Positions 38,332 to 51,400 of a stretch of DNA of 64,000 bases are shown here, one piece after another. The notes beneath the pieces are model-generated. The model saw only the letters and a program-made list of their open reading frames with translations. It was not told the DNA's origin and searched no databases. The stretch is from Eledone cirrhosa (lineage: Eukaryota), in NCBI GenBank assembly GCA_964016885.1, contig OZ024742.1, positions 43,400,001 through 43,464,000 on the forward strand. Reading direction: 5' to 3'. The stretch's first letter is position 1. Each line of letters begins with the position of its first letter. The position numbers and the translations under genes are program-made.

Positions 38332-38900
38332 TTTCTTTATTAACCACAAGGGTTTACATAAAGTAGACATTAAGGACAGTACAGGACAATACAGGACGGT
38401 ACAAATGGGCATTTCTGCTTGTAAAAAAACAAAAACAGAGGATATAACAAAAAAATAACAATGAAAAAATTCCCCAATAGGGGTGAGACTTCTGAGGGAC
38501 ATTTGTGGAGAAAGCCCATTAAAAGGCCACAGTGACCCTGACCACCAGGGCAAGTGCCCTCTCCCAGTTTTCCACCTTTGATTTACAGACACATACTCAG
38601 AGTAGGCCCATTCACTCGGGCCATACTTGCTTCTCTCACCCATCTTTCAACAAAATGCTGGGAAGAGAGCACTTCCCTCTCTACCCTGATTTTCCTTTTC
38701 AAATGAAATTTGAAAAAGTTAATCAGGGCATCACCGAAGAGGTAAGTGCTCGTCTTCAGCCCTTTCAAACGTGTCCACCATACTATCTCTTTCGCCATGG
38801 CCACCAGATAGATAAAAATTGCCTGTCTCGTGGCCATGGTGAAAGAGATAGTATGGTGGACACGTTTGAAAGGGCTGAAGAGGAGCACTTACCTCTTCGG
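38332..38900 (-). mobile_element. Tx1-like LINE 3' end
   Basis: ORF 38583-38888 ..VWWTRLKG..LINFFKFHLKRKIRVER..FVERW; 3'UTR similar to 2010-2060 and 2950-3090. Confidence 0.7.
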
Positions 38901-39169
38901 TGATGATGATAATAATAATAAATGATTACTTATCGCAAATCCCAGGAAACCAGTGCATAGGAGAAATACAAAAGATAGTACTAATGGGAACTGCCCATAT
39001 ACTAAGGAAGATTCTGTCAATATAAGTACATCACAAGTCTAAACACCTAAAGATGCAGGTGTGTGTATGTATGTTCTTTCTTGAACATGTCTCTTGAGGT
39101 CACTGGTTGTGACTTGGTGATAACTCGTATGAACATAAAGCAAGATAAATGCAACTATAATAATAATAA

Positions 39170-39744
39170 TAAAAGGCTGCAGACATGATGTGATAGGCAG
39201 GGTGATCCACTGGTATCTATGCAAAGTAAACAATTTACCACATTCTGAGAAGTGGTATGAGCATAAGCCAGAGTCGGTGATAGAAAACGATCAGGTGAAG
39301 GAGTTATGGGATTTTAGGATACAGACAGACAAGAAACTGGAACACAATAAGCCTGACCTGGTGGTTTTGGACAAGGAAAAAAGATTGTGCCTGATTGTAG
39401 ATGTAGCCTGCCCATTTGACACGAGAGTGCAAGAAAAGGAGAGGGAGAAAATTAACCGATACCAGGATTTAAAGTGGGAGTTAAAAAGGATTTGGAACTG
39501 CCATGAAATCAAGGTCGTCCCGATTGTCATAGGCGCACTAGGTACTATCTCAAAGAGTTTCCAAGGATGGTTAAAGAAAATTAGTCCAGCCCCGCTTTTT
39601 GGAACACTTCAAAATGCATGCTTGCTGGGAACAGCAAGAACCCTCCGATACGTCCTGAATATCTGAGGCTGCAGGTAGCGGCTTGATATTCATTTCAACA
39701 AACTTTCCAGTTAAATAACATCAATGACTGAGACTCAAAGAATA

Positions 39745-39770
<26 letters not shown>
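39170..39770 (+). mobile_element. R4/Dong-clade LINE 3' end (restriction-like endonuclease domain) in (TAA)n
   Basis: RHD..IHW.LC..WYEHKP..LWDFRIQTD..NKPDLVV..IVDVACP..EK..RYQDL..VVPIVIGALG; (TAA)n on both sides; a second R4-like tail at 38930-39160. Confidence 0.88.
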
Positions 39771-39775
<5 letters not shown>

Positions 39776-39862
39776 AAAGGACGATTTGTCATGTCTTCAT
39801 TACGTTTATTGAGTAGTGACTGGACGTTACATTCCCTATATATATGTATTTATATATTTATA

Positions 39863-39921
<59 letters not shown>

Positions 39922-39952
<31 letters not shown>

Positions 39953-40345
39953 CCGTTTTACGTCCGTTCTTCCATGCTAGCATGGGTTAGACGGGTTGTC
40001 CTGTTGTGGGCAGTGTCTGGTCGGCTGACCATGCCTTGCTCATACAGGAACTGATTTTGGCTTGATCTCTACAGCTGGATGCCCTTCCTAACACCAACCT
40101 CATTTACAGTGAGTGGTGGGTACTTTTTTGCCGTGGCACCTCCATGACCACTTTGCAGTGGGAGGGTGTGAGGGCATATTGTCTATATGCTTCAGCTTAT
40201 ACCCATGGGAGGTCGGGTACTCTGCATTACTGCATGACGCCAGAGGTCACGGTCATGTGTCATCGCCTTTGAGAGGTGTAATTGGGTAAGGTCGGCTTTT
40301 ATCACCTCATCCCAGGTCTTCTTGGGTCTCCTCACTCCGCGGTTT
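39922..40345 (-). mobile_element. Non-autonomous RTE-derived element(s)
   Basis: (TGA)n tail, GGAAGGGCATCCAG motif shared with SINE A, and an RRPKKTWDEV remnant. Confidence 0.6.
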
Positions 40346-40621
40346 CCATTGTATATATATATATATATATGTATATATCATATTTAAAATGCTGGAGACA
40401 ATATAAAACGATGTTAGTACATTGAAAATAAATAAATGTGTGTGTCAGTATTTTCATCAGAGCCTAATAAAAAATTCTTCGGAACATAGCAGCAAAGTGA
40501 AAAGCCTATTTTAAATGTGGAATGTTGATGTTAAAAAGGTGGAAGTTACAAACCATAATAGCAGCCATTTTGTGTTGGTTTGAAATTTTTATGGGTTAAT
40601 ATGTTATAAAGGATTTTTTTA

Positions 40622-40746
40622 GGCTCTGATGAAAATACTGACATACACATTTATTTATTTTCAATGTACTAATATCGTTTTATATTCGATATCCAAACCA
40701 CTTATGTGCATTTTTACTGTGCAGTATTTGAAACAATTTGTCAGCC
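40622..40746 (+). ncRNA. Type I hammerhead ribozyme with 81-nt stem II insert, intronic and sense to the lipase gene
   Basis: GGCT-CTGATGA-AAATACTG..(81 nt)..CAGTATTT-GAAA-CAATTT-GTC|AGCC; 4-bp stem I, 8-bp stem II, GUC site. Confidence 0.75.
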
Positions 40747-41124
40747 ATTAAATATTCATGTATTCATAAATCTTTGCTGTTCTCTCCAGCATTCTAAATA
40801 TGATTTTTTGCTCTGCTTATAATACGATTGTTAAACTATCAATTTTTCCATCTATTCACCTGGCTCGCTAGTCTCGCAATCTATATGCATTGAGCACTCA
40901 AACCTTCTGGCTTGTAATCTGTATAACTAATCACTTTTCTCTTCTCCTGATTAGATTACTTGTTTTTTATTCTGTATATATATATATATAGGGAGGAGAG
41001 AGAGAGAGAGAGAGCCATGAAAGCTAACTTATATTCAATAACACAATGCTGGCAGTCTCTTTCCTCTTCCTCCTCATCATTATTATTCTCCACTAACTCT
41101 CATTTCTTGTATTCCTTGTTACAG

Positions 41125-41233
41125 GGGACAGCAAAATTCAAAAGAACTAATGCCCATATTATTGGTCACAGCCTGGGGGCCCATGTTGCTGGTTATGCAG
41201 GAGCCAAACTCCCTGGACTGGAACGTATAACAG
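41125..41233 (+). CDS. Pancreatic lipase-like exon with catalytic Ser (phase 0 to 1)
   Basis: ..[23 protein letters not shown]; GxSxG motif; AG/GT. Confidence 0.97.
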
Positions 41234-41641
41234 GTCAGTAACTGCTGGTGGTGCTGATGTTGCTAATACTGCTGATGATGATGGTTGTGTTTTTAGTGGT
41301 GGTGATGGTGGTGGTGGTAATGGTTGTGATAAGTGTATATATATTAGTGGCTTCAGTGATGGTGATGGTGGTGGTGTTTGCAATAAGTGTATATATATTA
41401 GTGGTTTTAGTGATCGTGGAAGTACTAGTAATATTGCTGTGTGTGTGTGAAAAGACTAAAAGAAAACACAGGGAAATGAAACAATACAATGATGGATGTG
41501 TGTGTATGTATGCATGTATGTATGTGTGTATGTATGTATGTGTGTATGTGTCTATGTATGTATATATGTGTGTGTGTATACGTGTGCTTGTATATGTGTG
41601 CACCTATTTATATATCTATCTTTTAACTCACCTACCTTTTG

Positions 41642-41717
<76 letters not shown>

Positions 41718-42509
41718 TCTATCAATCTGTCTCTCTATCTATGTATATATGTGTTATTCTGTAATAATATTATTCTTAATTCTTTTACCTACTAATCTAA
41801 CATCTCTGACGTGGAATAACTTATTGCCCTCAATAAATGATTTGTAACATAGATACCATGCACCCAATACACTCTGTTATGTGGATGACATTAGAAAGGG
41901 CATCCAGTAATAGAAACCATGTCAAACAAAGGGTTGAAAGGACTCAACAGTCAAGTGAAGATGATGTTGATAAGGGTGATGATACAATTTCAGAAATTTG
42001 GAGGATACACACAGTCAATCATAATAAAATGCACCCACTACACTCTGTAAAGTTATAGTGCTAGAGCTACAATAAAATGTGCATACTAAAATATGTGAAA
42101 TGGTAGTGTTGGCACCACATTAAAATACACCCAGCACACTGTGATCGCACACGGGATCACTGGCTTAGGGTGACCCCGGCCTTGTCAAGCAAGAGCAAGA
42201 AGAAGATGATAGCACAATATACATTTGGTAAAGTGGTAGTGCTGGTACCACAATAAAATGCACCCATTACACACTGTAAAGTGGTTGGCATTAGGAAGGG
42301 CATCTAATCATAGAAACCATGCCAAAATATGGATGTAGTTTTTCAACCTGTCTTCTCTCAGATCAATTAGTGCACCTGAGCATTGTACACAATAATTTTC
42401 ATTACATTTTCATTATTTTATGATGACCCATCCAAGCCTTGTCAGCATCGAAAGCAGATATAAAATAATGGTAATAGTGACTATTGTTATTCTTTCTTAT
42501 TTCTCTCAG

Positions 42510-42626
42510 GTCTTGACCCAGCTGGACCCTATTTCGGAGGAACATCTACAATTGTAAGACTGGACGATACAGATGCTACTTTTGTGGACAACATTCATAG
42601 TGATGCACGAAACATCTTACGGTTAG
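42510..42626 (+). CDS. Pancreatic lipase-like exon with catalytic Asp (phase 1 to 1)
   Basis: GLDPAGPYFGGTSTIVRLDDTDATFVDNIHSDARNILRL; AG/GT. Confidence 0.97.
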
Positions 42627-44149
42627 GTGAGATGGACTTCTCTGTATAGCACACACCTTACCACACATGCACACATCTATACACACACATTAACATACAC
42701 ACACATACATATACATACACACACACATACATACGAAAACTATACCACCACACCCACAGCATGTCATCGCACATACACCCCTTGCTACCACACACAAACA
42801 CATATACACACATCATGTCACTATGCCACCTTACACAACCTCAAACATACACACACATATACATAACATCATGCATATAGACACAAACCGCACACATACA
42901 TACACACACAACAGATGTACACACTTACACACACACACAAACACATACATACATACACTCATATATACACTCATACATACACATACATACACTCATATAT
43001 ACATACACATTTTGCTAACAATTTGCATTTTTTAGACATAGTTGTATTTTATCTAATACATAAAAGTTTAAGTAACATTAAGTACAACATATAATTTAAG
43101 TAAAACAAAATACTTTTGTAGTTAAAGGTAAAACATTGTATAGCAGACTTAACCAACTCCATAGCAGTAATTTAAATACTGCAATTTAAATGTTAACTAT
43201 GGGGTTGATAGTTACTATGCTGTCAACATTTCATATTTAACACTTCTATAGTCATTGGACAGTTTTCATATTTTGTATGGTGCATCACAAATAATTCTTA
43301 TTTTATAATATAGTATACTACAAACATTTCATATTTAACACCACTATAGTAACTGGAGAGTTTTCATATTTTGTGTGGTACATCACAAATAATTCATTTT
43401 TTTTTTTATAATACAGTATACTGCAAACATTTTAAGTATTATAATGGAATAGCAGCAATAATTTTGTAATTTATAAAACATTGCAAAAATTCCATATTCT
43501 TGTTGTATATTTGCATGTGTCAAGTATTATATACTATAAACTTTCCATATTTTATAATATATTGATTTTTAACATGGGCACAATGCCTAATATAATGTAT
43601 TGCAAACATTTCATACTATTATAGAATAGGATGCATGCTATGCCTATTATGCTATAATAGTATGAAATGTTTGCAATATATCGTAATATACTGCATGCAT
43701 TTCCTATTATTATAGCATGTTGCACACATTTCATACTATTATAATATAGTATGCATGCTATGCCGATTATGCTATAATAGTATGAAATGTTTGCAATATA
43801 TTATAGCATGTTGCACACATTTCACATTATTATTGCATATTGCACACATCTCATATTGTATTATATTGCATACATTTCATATCATAACTTATAATATGGA
43901 ATGGAATGAACCTTTATTAGTTTTAACGATGAGTGTTCCAGTTGTTTGATAATCAATGGCACAGCCTACATGTGAAATTAGCATGTAAGTGACTGAGCAT
44001 TCTGTAGAGATTCTGTATATCTTTAATATAATTCATAGGCTGACCTCTATGAATTACTGGTAAAGTCTATACAATGTGCTTCGAAACAGTTTCCATCTGC
44101 CCAATTTCCCTTACAAGGGCTGAGTCACCCCGAGGCTATGGTCTCTTCC

Positions 44150-44274
44150 ACTTGATGATGGTGGTGGTGGTGGTAATAATGAAGATGATGGTGATGACGA
44201 TGATGATGATGATGATGATGATAATGGTGATGGTGATGATGATGGTGGTGGTGGTGGTGGTGGTGGTGGTGGTA

Positions 44275-44310
<36 letters not shown>

Positions 44311-44482
44311 TTGATGGTGATGATGAAGATGATGATGATGGTGGTGGTGGTGGTGGTGGTGGTGGTGGTGGTGGTGGTGGTGGTGGTGGTGGTAATAATG
44401 ATGATGGTGGTGGTGGTGGTAATAATGAGGATGATGATGATGGTGGTGGTGGTGGTGGTGGTGGTAATAATGAGGATGATGA

Positions 44483-44514
<32 letters not shown>

Positions 44515-44520
44515 ATGATG
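44150..44520. repeat. Compound (ATG)n/(GTG)n microsatellite
   Basis: Alternating ATG and GTG blocks just upstream of an exon. Confidence 0.95.
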
Positions 44521-44558
44521 ACAAATGTCCTATAGTGTAACTGTTATATATTGTTCAG

Positions 44559-44675
44559 GTTTTGGTATGATGCAAGCTTGTGGTCATGTGGATTATTATC
44601 CAAATGGAGGAAATCATCAGCCAGGTTGTAGCAAAGATCCCTTTTCTTTTCTTGCTATTAATGGAATAGAAGGAG
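44559..44675 (+). CDS. Pancreatic lipase-like exon, start of lid (phase 1 to 1)
   Basis: GFGMMQACGHVDYYPNGGNHQPGCSKDPFSFLAINGIEG; AG/GT. Confidence 0.97.
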
Positions 44676-45219
44676 GTGAGTAAACTTCCATTTTTACTGA
44701 TGATGTATAAACAATAAATAATAATAATAGTCCATTCTTTATTGGCCACAAGGGTCTACATACAGGGGACAATAGCAATAGCAATAATAATTGTTTCTAC
44801 CTTTGGCACAAGGCCAGCAATTACCCAGTACATTACTGGTACTTTATTTTATCGATCCCGTAATTCTATGCGTCAAAGCATGATGTCTGACCCTCTACCG
44901 ATACTGCCAATCCTGGTCTCTTATATAGGCACAAGGTCAGCAATTTTGAAGGAGGGGAAAGTCGATTAAATCAACCCCAGTACGTTACGGGTACTTTATT
45001 TCATCGACCCTTGTAATGATGAAAGGCAAAGTTGACGTTGGTGGGATTTAAACTTAGAACGTAAAGGGACGTAACTCTATCCCACAAAGCATGTTGTCTG
45101 ATGCTCTAATGATACTGCCAATCCACTCCTTAACAAAAAAGAGGAGGGAGGAGGAGAAGAAGAAGAAGAAGAAGAAGAAGAAGAAGAAGAAGAAGAAGAA
45201 GAAGAAGAAGAAGAAGAAA

Positions 45220-45930
45220 CAGCCTGTAGTGGATTAAGGGGAGAAACCATGGGGGAACTGGAAGATAGTGGATAGAAGTATTTGGGGATTTTAGAAAAGG
45301 ATGACATTTTAGATTCAGAAATGAAAGAAAAGTTTAGAGAGACATATCTAAAGGGAGTAAAAAGGATTTTAAAATCCAGCGTGATTGCAATAAATCTATT
45401 GACTGCAATGAATATCTAGGCAGTTGCAGTGATTAGTGCGGCCATTCTCAGGTGAACTGAAGAAGAAATAGAGAAGTTGGATAGGAAGACAAGAAAGTTA
45501 ATGACATTTGTACAGAGCAAATATTAATAGACTATACACAAAGAGAAAGATGGTGGTAGAGATCTCATCAGTGTGGATTATAGAGTGAAAGGAGAAAGCT
45601 TGCAGAATATTTGGTAAACAATGACGAAGAATTGTTGCAATATGCAGCAGAAGATATGAGTATAAATGCAGCAGAAATGGTTGGAAAGTAAGAGTTTAAC
45701 CAAAGAGTTGAAGAGAAAAGATCTTTTGCAAATGAGAATGCATGGGCAATTAAACAGGAATTCACAGGATATCAAGGATAAAACATCATGGACATGGCTT
45801 AAGCAAGATGATTTGAAGCGTTACACTGAAAGCTTTATAATTGCTGCATAAGACCAAGCTGTTGCTACCAATTCAGTGAAGTATAAGATCTACAAAACTT
45901 CTGACACTCAGAAATGCAGACTCTTTTGAA
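45220..45930 (+). mobile_element. Degenerate R4-like LINE fragment after (GAA)n
   Basis: KYLGILE..ILKS..AVAVI..KLDRKTRKLM..MHGQ..SWTWL..TESFIIAA.DQA remnants. Confidence 0.7.
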
Positions 45931-47068
45931 GAGCACTATCACTGTGAGAAAGATAATCATCTAATTAATTTTTTTACATAATTTTATCTAATTATATTCT
46001 ATAATTATGTAAGTTGTAAATAATCGAGCATTCTGGTATGGTTGAATATCATTTTGTTGTAAATATGATTTTAAACAGATAATGTGCACATATACAAAGC
46101 AAATGATACACTTGTAACTGTGTAAAGTGTATGACGTGAACAATTTGGTGTATTTAATTTTGTGGTTTATCACTGAATACAATGAGTTTCTCTGCCTGAG
46201 GTGCCGAGAAGACACTCAGCAAGAAATGGAAACAAAACTGAAGGAAGAGGAAAAACACAAACAATAATAATAATGGTGTAGATTTCTAACATTGTCACAT
46301 ACCAGAAATCTGTTGTGATTCCAGGTTTCCTGAGATCAATCTCAGCCAGAGTAAATTAACATATACAACCTCCATAATTACAAACACAAATGTCAAAAAA
46401 ACGAGTGCACCCCTTTCATGATGGAAGGTATTTAGATAAATATAAACATTTAAACCCTTTTGTTACAATATTTCTAATAATAGCCACTGTCTAAAATTTT
46501 CATATAATGTTGAAAATAATCAAGAATCTGAACGGATTTAGAATTATAACTTACTTTCTCATTATTATTTGATGAGTATTGATAAGTATTGATAAGTTGG
46601 AAAGAGGACAAGACTCTGATTCCATCAGGGAAATGGCCATGCTTGATATACAGAAAAGGAGTGTACACAATGCAAATCTTGGGTGTACAAGAGGTGTAGT
46701 GGGATAGCAGGCAAACTAACAGAGGATATGATGAAGAACCATGACGAGTGGAGAGATTCTGTGCTGAAAAGGACTCATCCCACCCCTGCAAGCAGGGAAA
46801 AGCGGACGTAAAATGATGATGATGATGATGGGGGTGGTGGATTGGCAGTATCAGCAGTGTTGGGCAACATACTTTGCGGCATATAGTTACATCCTTCTAC
46901 CTTCTGAGTTCAAATCCCACTACAGTTAGCTTTGCTTTTCATTCTTTTGGGGTCGATAAAATAAAGTACCAGTAACTCACTGGGATCAATTTAATCAACT
47001 TTCCCCTCTCCAAAAATAGTTGGCCTTTCGTCTAAATCAGAAATCATTAATTTGAATAGAATTATAAT

Positions 47069-47252
47069 TGTTTCTACTTTAGGCACAAGGCCGGCAATTA
47101 CCCAGTGCATTACTGGTACTTTATTTTATCGACCCTGTAAGGATGAAAGGCAAAGTCAACCTCAGCAGGATTTGAACTCAGATCGTAAAGGGACGTAACT
47201 ATGCTGGAAAGCATGTCGTCCGACCCTCCACCGATACTGCCAATCCACTGCC
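47069..47252 (-). mobile_element. SINE family B copy with 17-bp TSD
   Basis: TSD TTGAATAGAATTATAAT at 47052-47068 and 47253-47269. Confidence 0.85.
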
Positions 47253-47462
47253 TTGAATAGAATTATAATGGAAGGTTTTTAGATAAATAAAAACATTAAC
47301 ATAGTTTTGTACTATAAAAGGGGCAGTTTCAGGTGAGTTGATATCATAAGGGTTAAAAGCCCAAATATATATTTTTTTATCAGTACATAGTTTTTTTTTT
47401 AGGTGTGTGTGTGTCGGGGGCTTATTTTTTGGTTTGTTTTATTCTGTGTACTGTTTTTGTAG

Positions 47463-47578
47463 GTTTGACCAAATTTGTGGCCTGTGACCATATGAGAGCT
47501 GTCCATTACTTCTCTGAATCTATCAACAGTAACTGTGGTTTTCTCAGTTACAGATGTAACAGTTATGAGGATTTTCAG
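47463..47578 (+). CDS. Pancreatic lipase-like exon with catalytic His (phase 1 to 0)
   Basis: GLTKFVACDHMRAVHYFSESINSNCGFLSYRCNSYEDFQ; AG/GT. Confidence 0.96.
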
Positions 47579-47611
47579 GTTTGTTTGATACATGTTTGAT
47601 ACATTGTAATA

Positions 47612-47860
47612 GTTGAGGTGATAAGGGCATGTGACAAGATCAGATGGACTCTCTAAGACGATTCTCCAAGGAACATTGTAAGGAAAGAGACGGTAGGGCA
47701 GATAGAGGAAGCAGTGAATTGACAACATGGCTGAGGGGATTGGGGAAGAACTTTTCCACAACCAAGCACTCACCCATGACCACCAGAGATGGAAGCAGTT
47801 GGTGCAGTGGTCAGCATTGCAGTGTCCCAACAGAGACCATGATCATGATGATGATGATGT
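47612..47860 (+). mobile_element. RTE-like LINE 3' end, degenerate
   Basis: GHVTRSDGLSKTILQGTL remnant and (ATG)n tail. Confidence 0.6.
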
Positions 47861-48258
47861 TAAATACATTTTGATACATGTTTCATACATATTTGTTCCT
47901 TGGTTTTTATCCATTTTTATATTTTTATACATGTTTCATACATGCTTGATGCATGTTTGACAGATGTATAATACTTGATTGGGACATGTTTGATACATGT
48001 TTAACACATGTTTAACACATGTTTGAAACATGTTTGAGGCATGTTTGATACATGTTTAATACATGTTTAATACATGTTTGATATATTTTGATACATGTTT
48101 TATACATGTTTGATGAACAATTAATACATATTTTACAAAAGTTTGACGCATGTATTATGCCTGTTTGATATATGTTTGACATATATCGTCCTGAGTATTT
48201 CCTCTTCTTTCTCTCACCATCCACCTCTCCCATTCTCTCACTCATTCTCTCACATCAG

Positions 48259-48382
48259 GCTCAGAAATGCTCTCCAATGGCTGGGGCACATATGGGACTC
48301 CATGCTGACCAATATAAACCTCCCAAGGGAGAAACAAATGTGAAAATGTATCTGGAAACTTCCAGTAATGAACCTTATTGCT
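48259..48382 (+). CDS. Pancreatic lipase-like exon, end of catalytic domain (phase 0 to 1)
   Basis: AQKCSPMAGAHMGLHADQYKPPKGETNVKMYLETSSNEPYC; polypyrimidine tract with AG, GTAAGT donor; phase consistent with the previous exon. Confidence 0.9.
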
Positions 48383-48466
48383 GTAAGTAAAACAGAATCC
48401 TTTACTTTGTAAGCATTTCATAGGAATCATGAAATTGTTATGTAGATCTACTGTCATTCTTTGCAC

Positions 48467-51400
48467 TAGTTAGTATTAGTGGTTATAGATAGTATTAGTG
48501 GTTATAGATAGCATTAGAGGCTATAGATAGTATTGGAGGCTATAGTTAGTATTAGAGGCTATAGATAGTATTATTGGCTATAGATAGTATTGGAGGCTAT
48601 AGTTAGTATTAGTGGCTATAGATAGTATTAGTGGCTATAGATAGTATTGGAGGCTATAGTTAGTATTAGTGGCTATAGATAGTATTATTGGCTATAGATA
48701 GTATTAGTGGCTATAGATAGTATTAGAGGCTATAGTTAGTATTAGAGGCTATAGATAGTATTAGAGGCTATAGATAGTATTAGAGGCTATAGATAGTATT
48801 AGAGGCTATAGTTAGTATTATTGGCTATAGTTAGTATTAGTGGCTATAATAGTATTAGTGGCTATAGATAGTATTGGAGGCTATAGTTAGTATTAGTGGC
48901 TATAGATAGTATTATTGGCTATAGATAGTATTAGTGGCTATAGATAGTATTAGAGGCTATAGTTAGTATTAGAGGCTATAGATAGTATTAGTGGCTATAG
49001 ATAGTATTAGAGGCTATAGATAGTATTAGAGGCTATAGTTAGTATTATTGGCTATAGATAGTATTAGTGGCTATAGATAGTATTAGAGGCTATAGTTAGT
49101 ATTATTGGCTATAGATAGTATTAGTGGCTATAGATAGTATTAGAGGCTATAGTTAGTATTATTGGCTATAGATAGTATTAGAGGCTATAGTTAGTATTAT
49201 TGGCTATAGATAGTATTAGAGGCTATAGTTAGTATTAGTGGCTATAGATAGTATTATTGGCTATAGATAGTATTAGTGGCTATAGATAGTATTAGAGGCT
49301 ATAGTTAGTATTAGAGGCTATAGATAGTATTAGAGGCTATAGTTAGTATTAGTGGCTATAGATAGTATTAGAGGCTATAGTTAGTATTAGTGGCTATAGT
49401 TAGTATTAGTGGCTATAGTTAGTATTAGTGGCTATAGATAGTATTAGTGGCTATAGATAGTATTAGAGGCTATAGATAGTATTAGAGGCTATAGATAGTA
49501 TTAGTGGCTATAGTTAGTATTAGAGGCTATAGATAGTATTAGTGGTTATAGATAGTATTAGAGGCTATAGATAGTATTAGTGGCTATAGATAGTATTAGA
49601 GGCTATAGATAGTATTAGTGGCTATAGTTAGTATTAGAGGCTATAGATAGTATTAGAGGCTATAGTTAGTATTAGTGGCTATAGATAGTATTAGAGGCTA
49701 TAGATAGTATTAGTGGCTATAGTTAGTATTAGAGGCTATAGATAGTATTAGAGGCTATAGTTAGTATTAGTGGCTATAGATAGTATTAGAGGCTATAGTT
49801 AGTATTAGTGGCTATAGATAGTATTAGTGGCTATAGTTAGTATTAGTGGCTATAGATAGTATTAGTGGCTATAGATAGTAGTAGTGGCTATAGATAGTAT
49901 TAGTGGTTATAGTTAGTATTAGTGGCTATAGTTAGTATTAGAGGCTATAGATAGTATTAGTGGCTATAGATAGTACTAGTGGCTATAGATAGTATTAGTG
50001 GCTATAGTTAGTATTAGTGGTTATAGTTAGTATTAGTGGCTATAGTTAGTATTAGAGGCTATAGATAGTATTAGTGGCTATAGTTAGTATTAGAGGCTAT
50101 AGTTAGTATTAGTGGCTATAGATAGTATTAGAGGCTATAGTTAGTATTAGTGGCTATAGATAGTATTAGTGGCTATAGTTAGTATTAGTGGCTATAGATA
50201 GTATTAGTGGCTATAGTTAGTATTAGAGGCTATAGTTAGTATTAGTGGCTATAGATAGTATTAGAGGCTATAGATAGTATTAGTGGCTATAGTTAGTATT
50301 AGAGGCTATAGTTAGTATTAGAGGCTATAGATAGTATTAGTGGCTATAGTTAGTATTAGTGGCTATAGATAGTATTAGTGGCTATAGTTAGTATTAGAGG
50401 CTATAGTTAGTATTAGTGGCTATAGATAGTATTAGAGGCTATAGTTAGTATTAGTGGCTATAGATAGTATTAGTGGCTATAGTTAGTATTAGAGGCTATA
50501 GTTAGTATTAGTGGCTATAGATAGTATTAGTGGCTATAGTTAGTATTAGAGGCTATAGTTAGTATTAGAGGCTATAGATAGTATTAGTGGCTATAGTTAG
50601 TATTAGTGGCTATAGATAGTATTAGTGGCTATAGTTAGTATTAGAGGCTATAGATAGTATTAGTGGTTATAGATAGTATTAGAGGCTATAGATAGTATTA
50701 GTGGCTATAGATAGTATTAGAGGCTATAGATAGTATTAGTGGCTATAGTTAGTATTAGAGGCTATAGATAGTATTAGTGGCTATAGATAGTATTAGTGGC
50801 TATAGATAGTATTAGTGGCTATAGTTAGTATTAGTGGCTATAGTTAGTATTAGAGGCTATAGTTAGTATTAGAGGCTATAGATAGTATTAGTGGCTATAG
50901 TTAGTATTAGTGGCTATAGATAGTATTAGTGGCTATAGTTAGTATTAGAGGCTATAGTTAGTATTAGTGGCTATAGATAGTATTAGAGGCTATAGTTAGT
51001 ATTAGTGGCTATAGATAGTATTAGTGGCTATAGTTAGTATTAGAGGCTATAGTTAGTATTAGTGGCTATAGATAGTATTAGAGGCTATAGTTAGTATTAG
51101 TGGCTATAGATAGTATTAGTGGCTATAGTTAGTATTAGTGGCTATAGTTAGTATTAGTGGCTATAGTTAGTATTAGAGGCTATAGTTAGTATTAGTGGCT
51201 ATAGATAGTATTAGTGGCTATAGATAGTATTAGTGGCTATAGTTAGTATTAGTGGCTATAGATAGTATTAGTGGCTATAGATAGTATTAGTGGCTATAGA
51301 TAGGATTAGAGGCTATAGTTAGTATTAGTGGCTATAGATAGTATTAGTGGCTATAGTTAGTATTAGTGGCTATAGTTAGTATTAGAGGCTATAGATAGTA

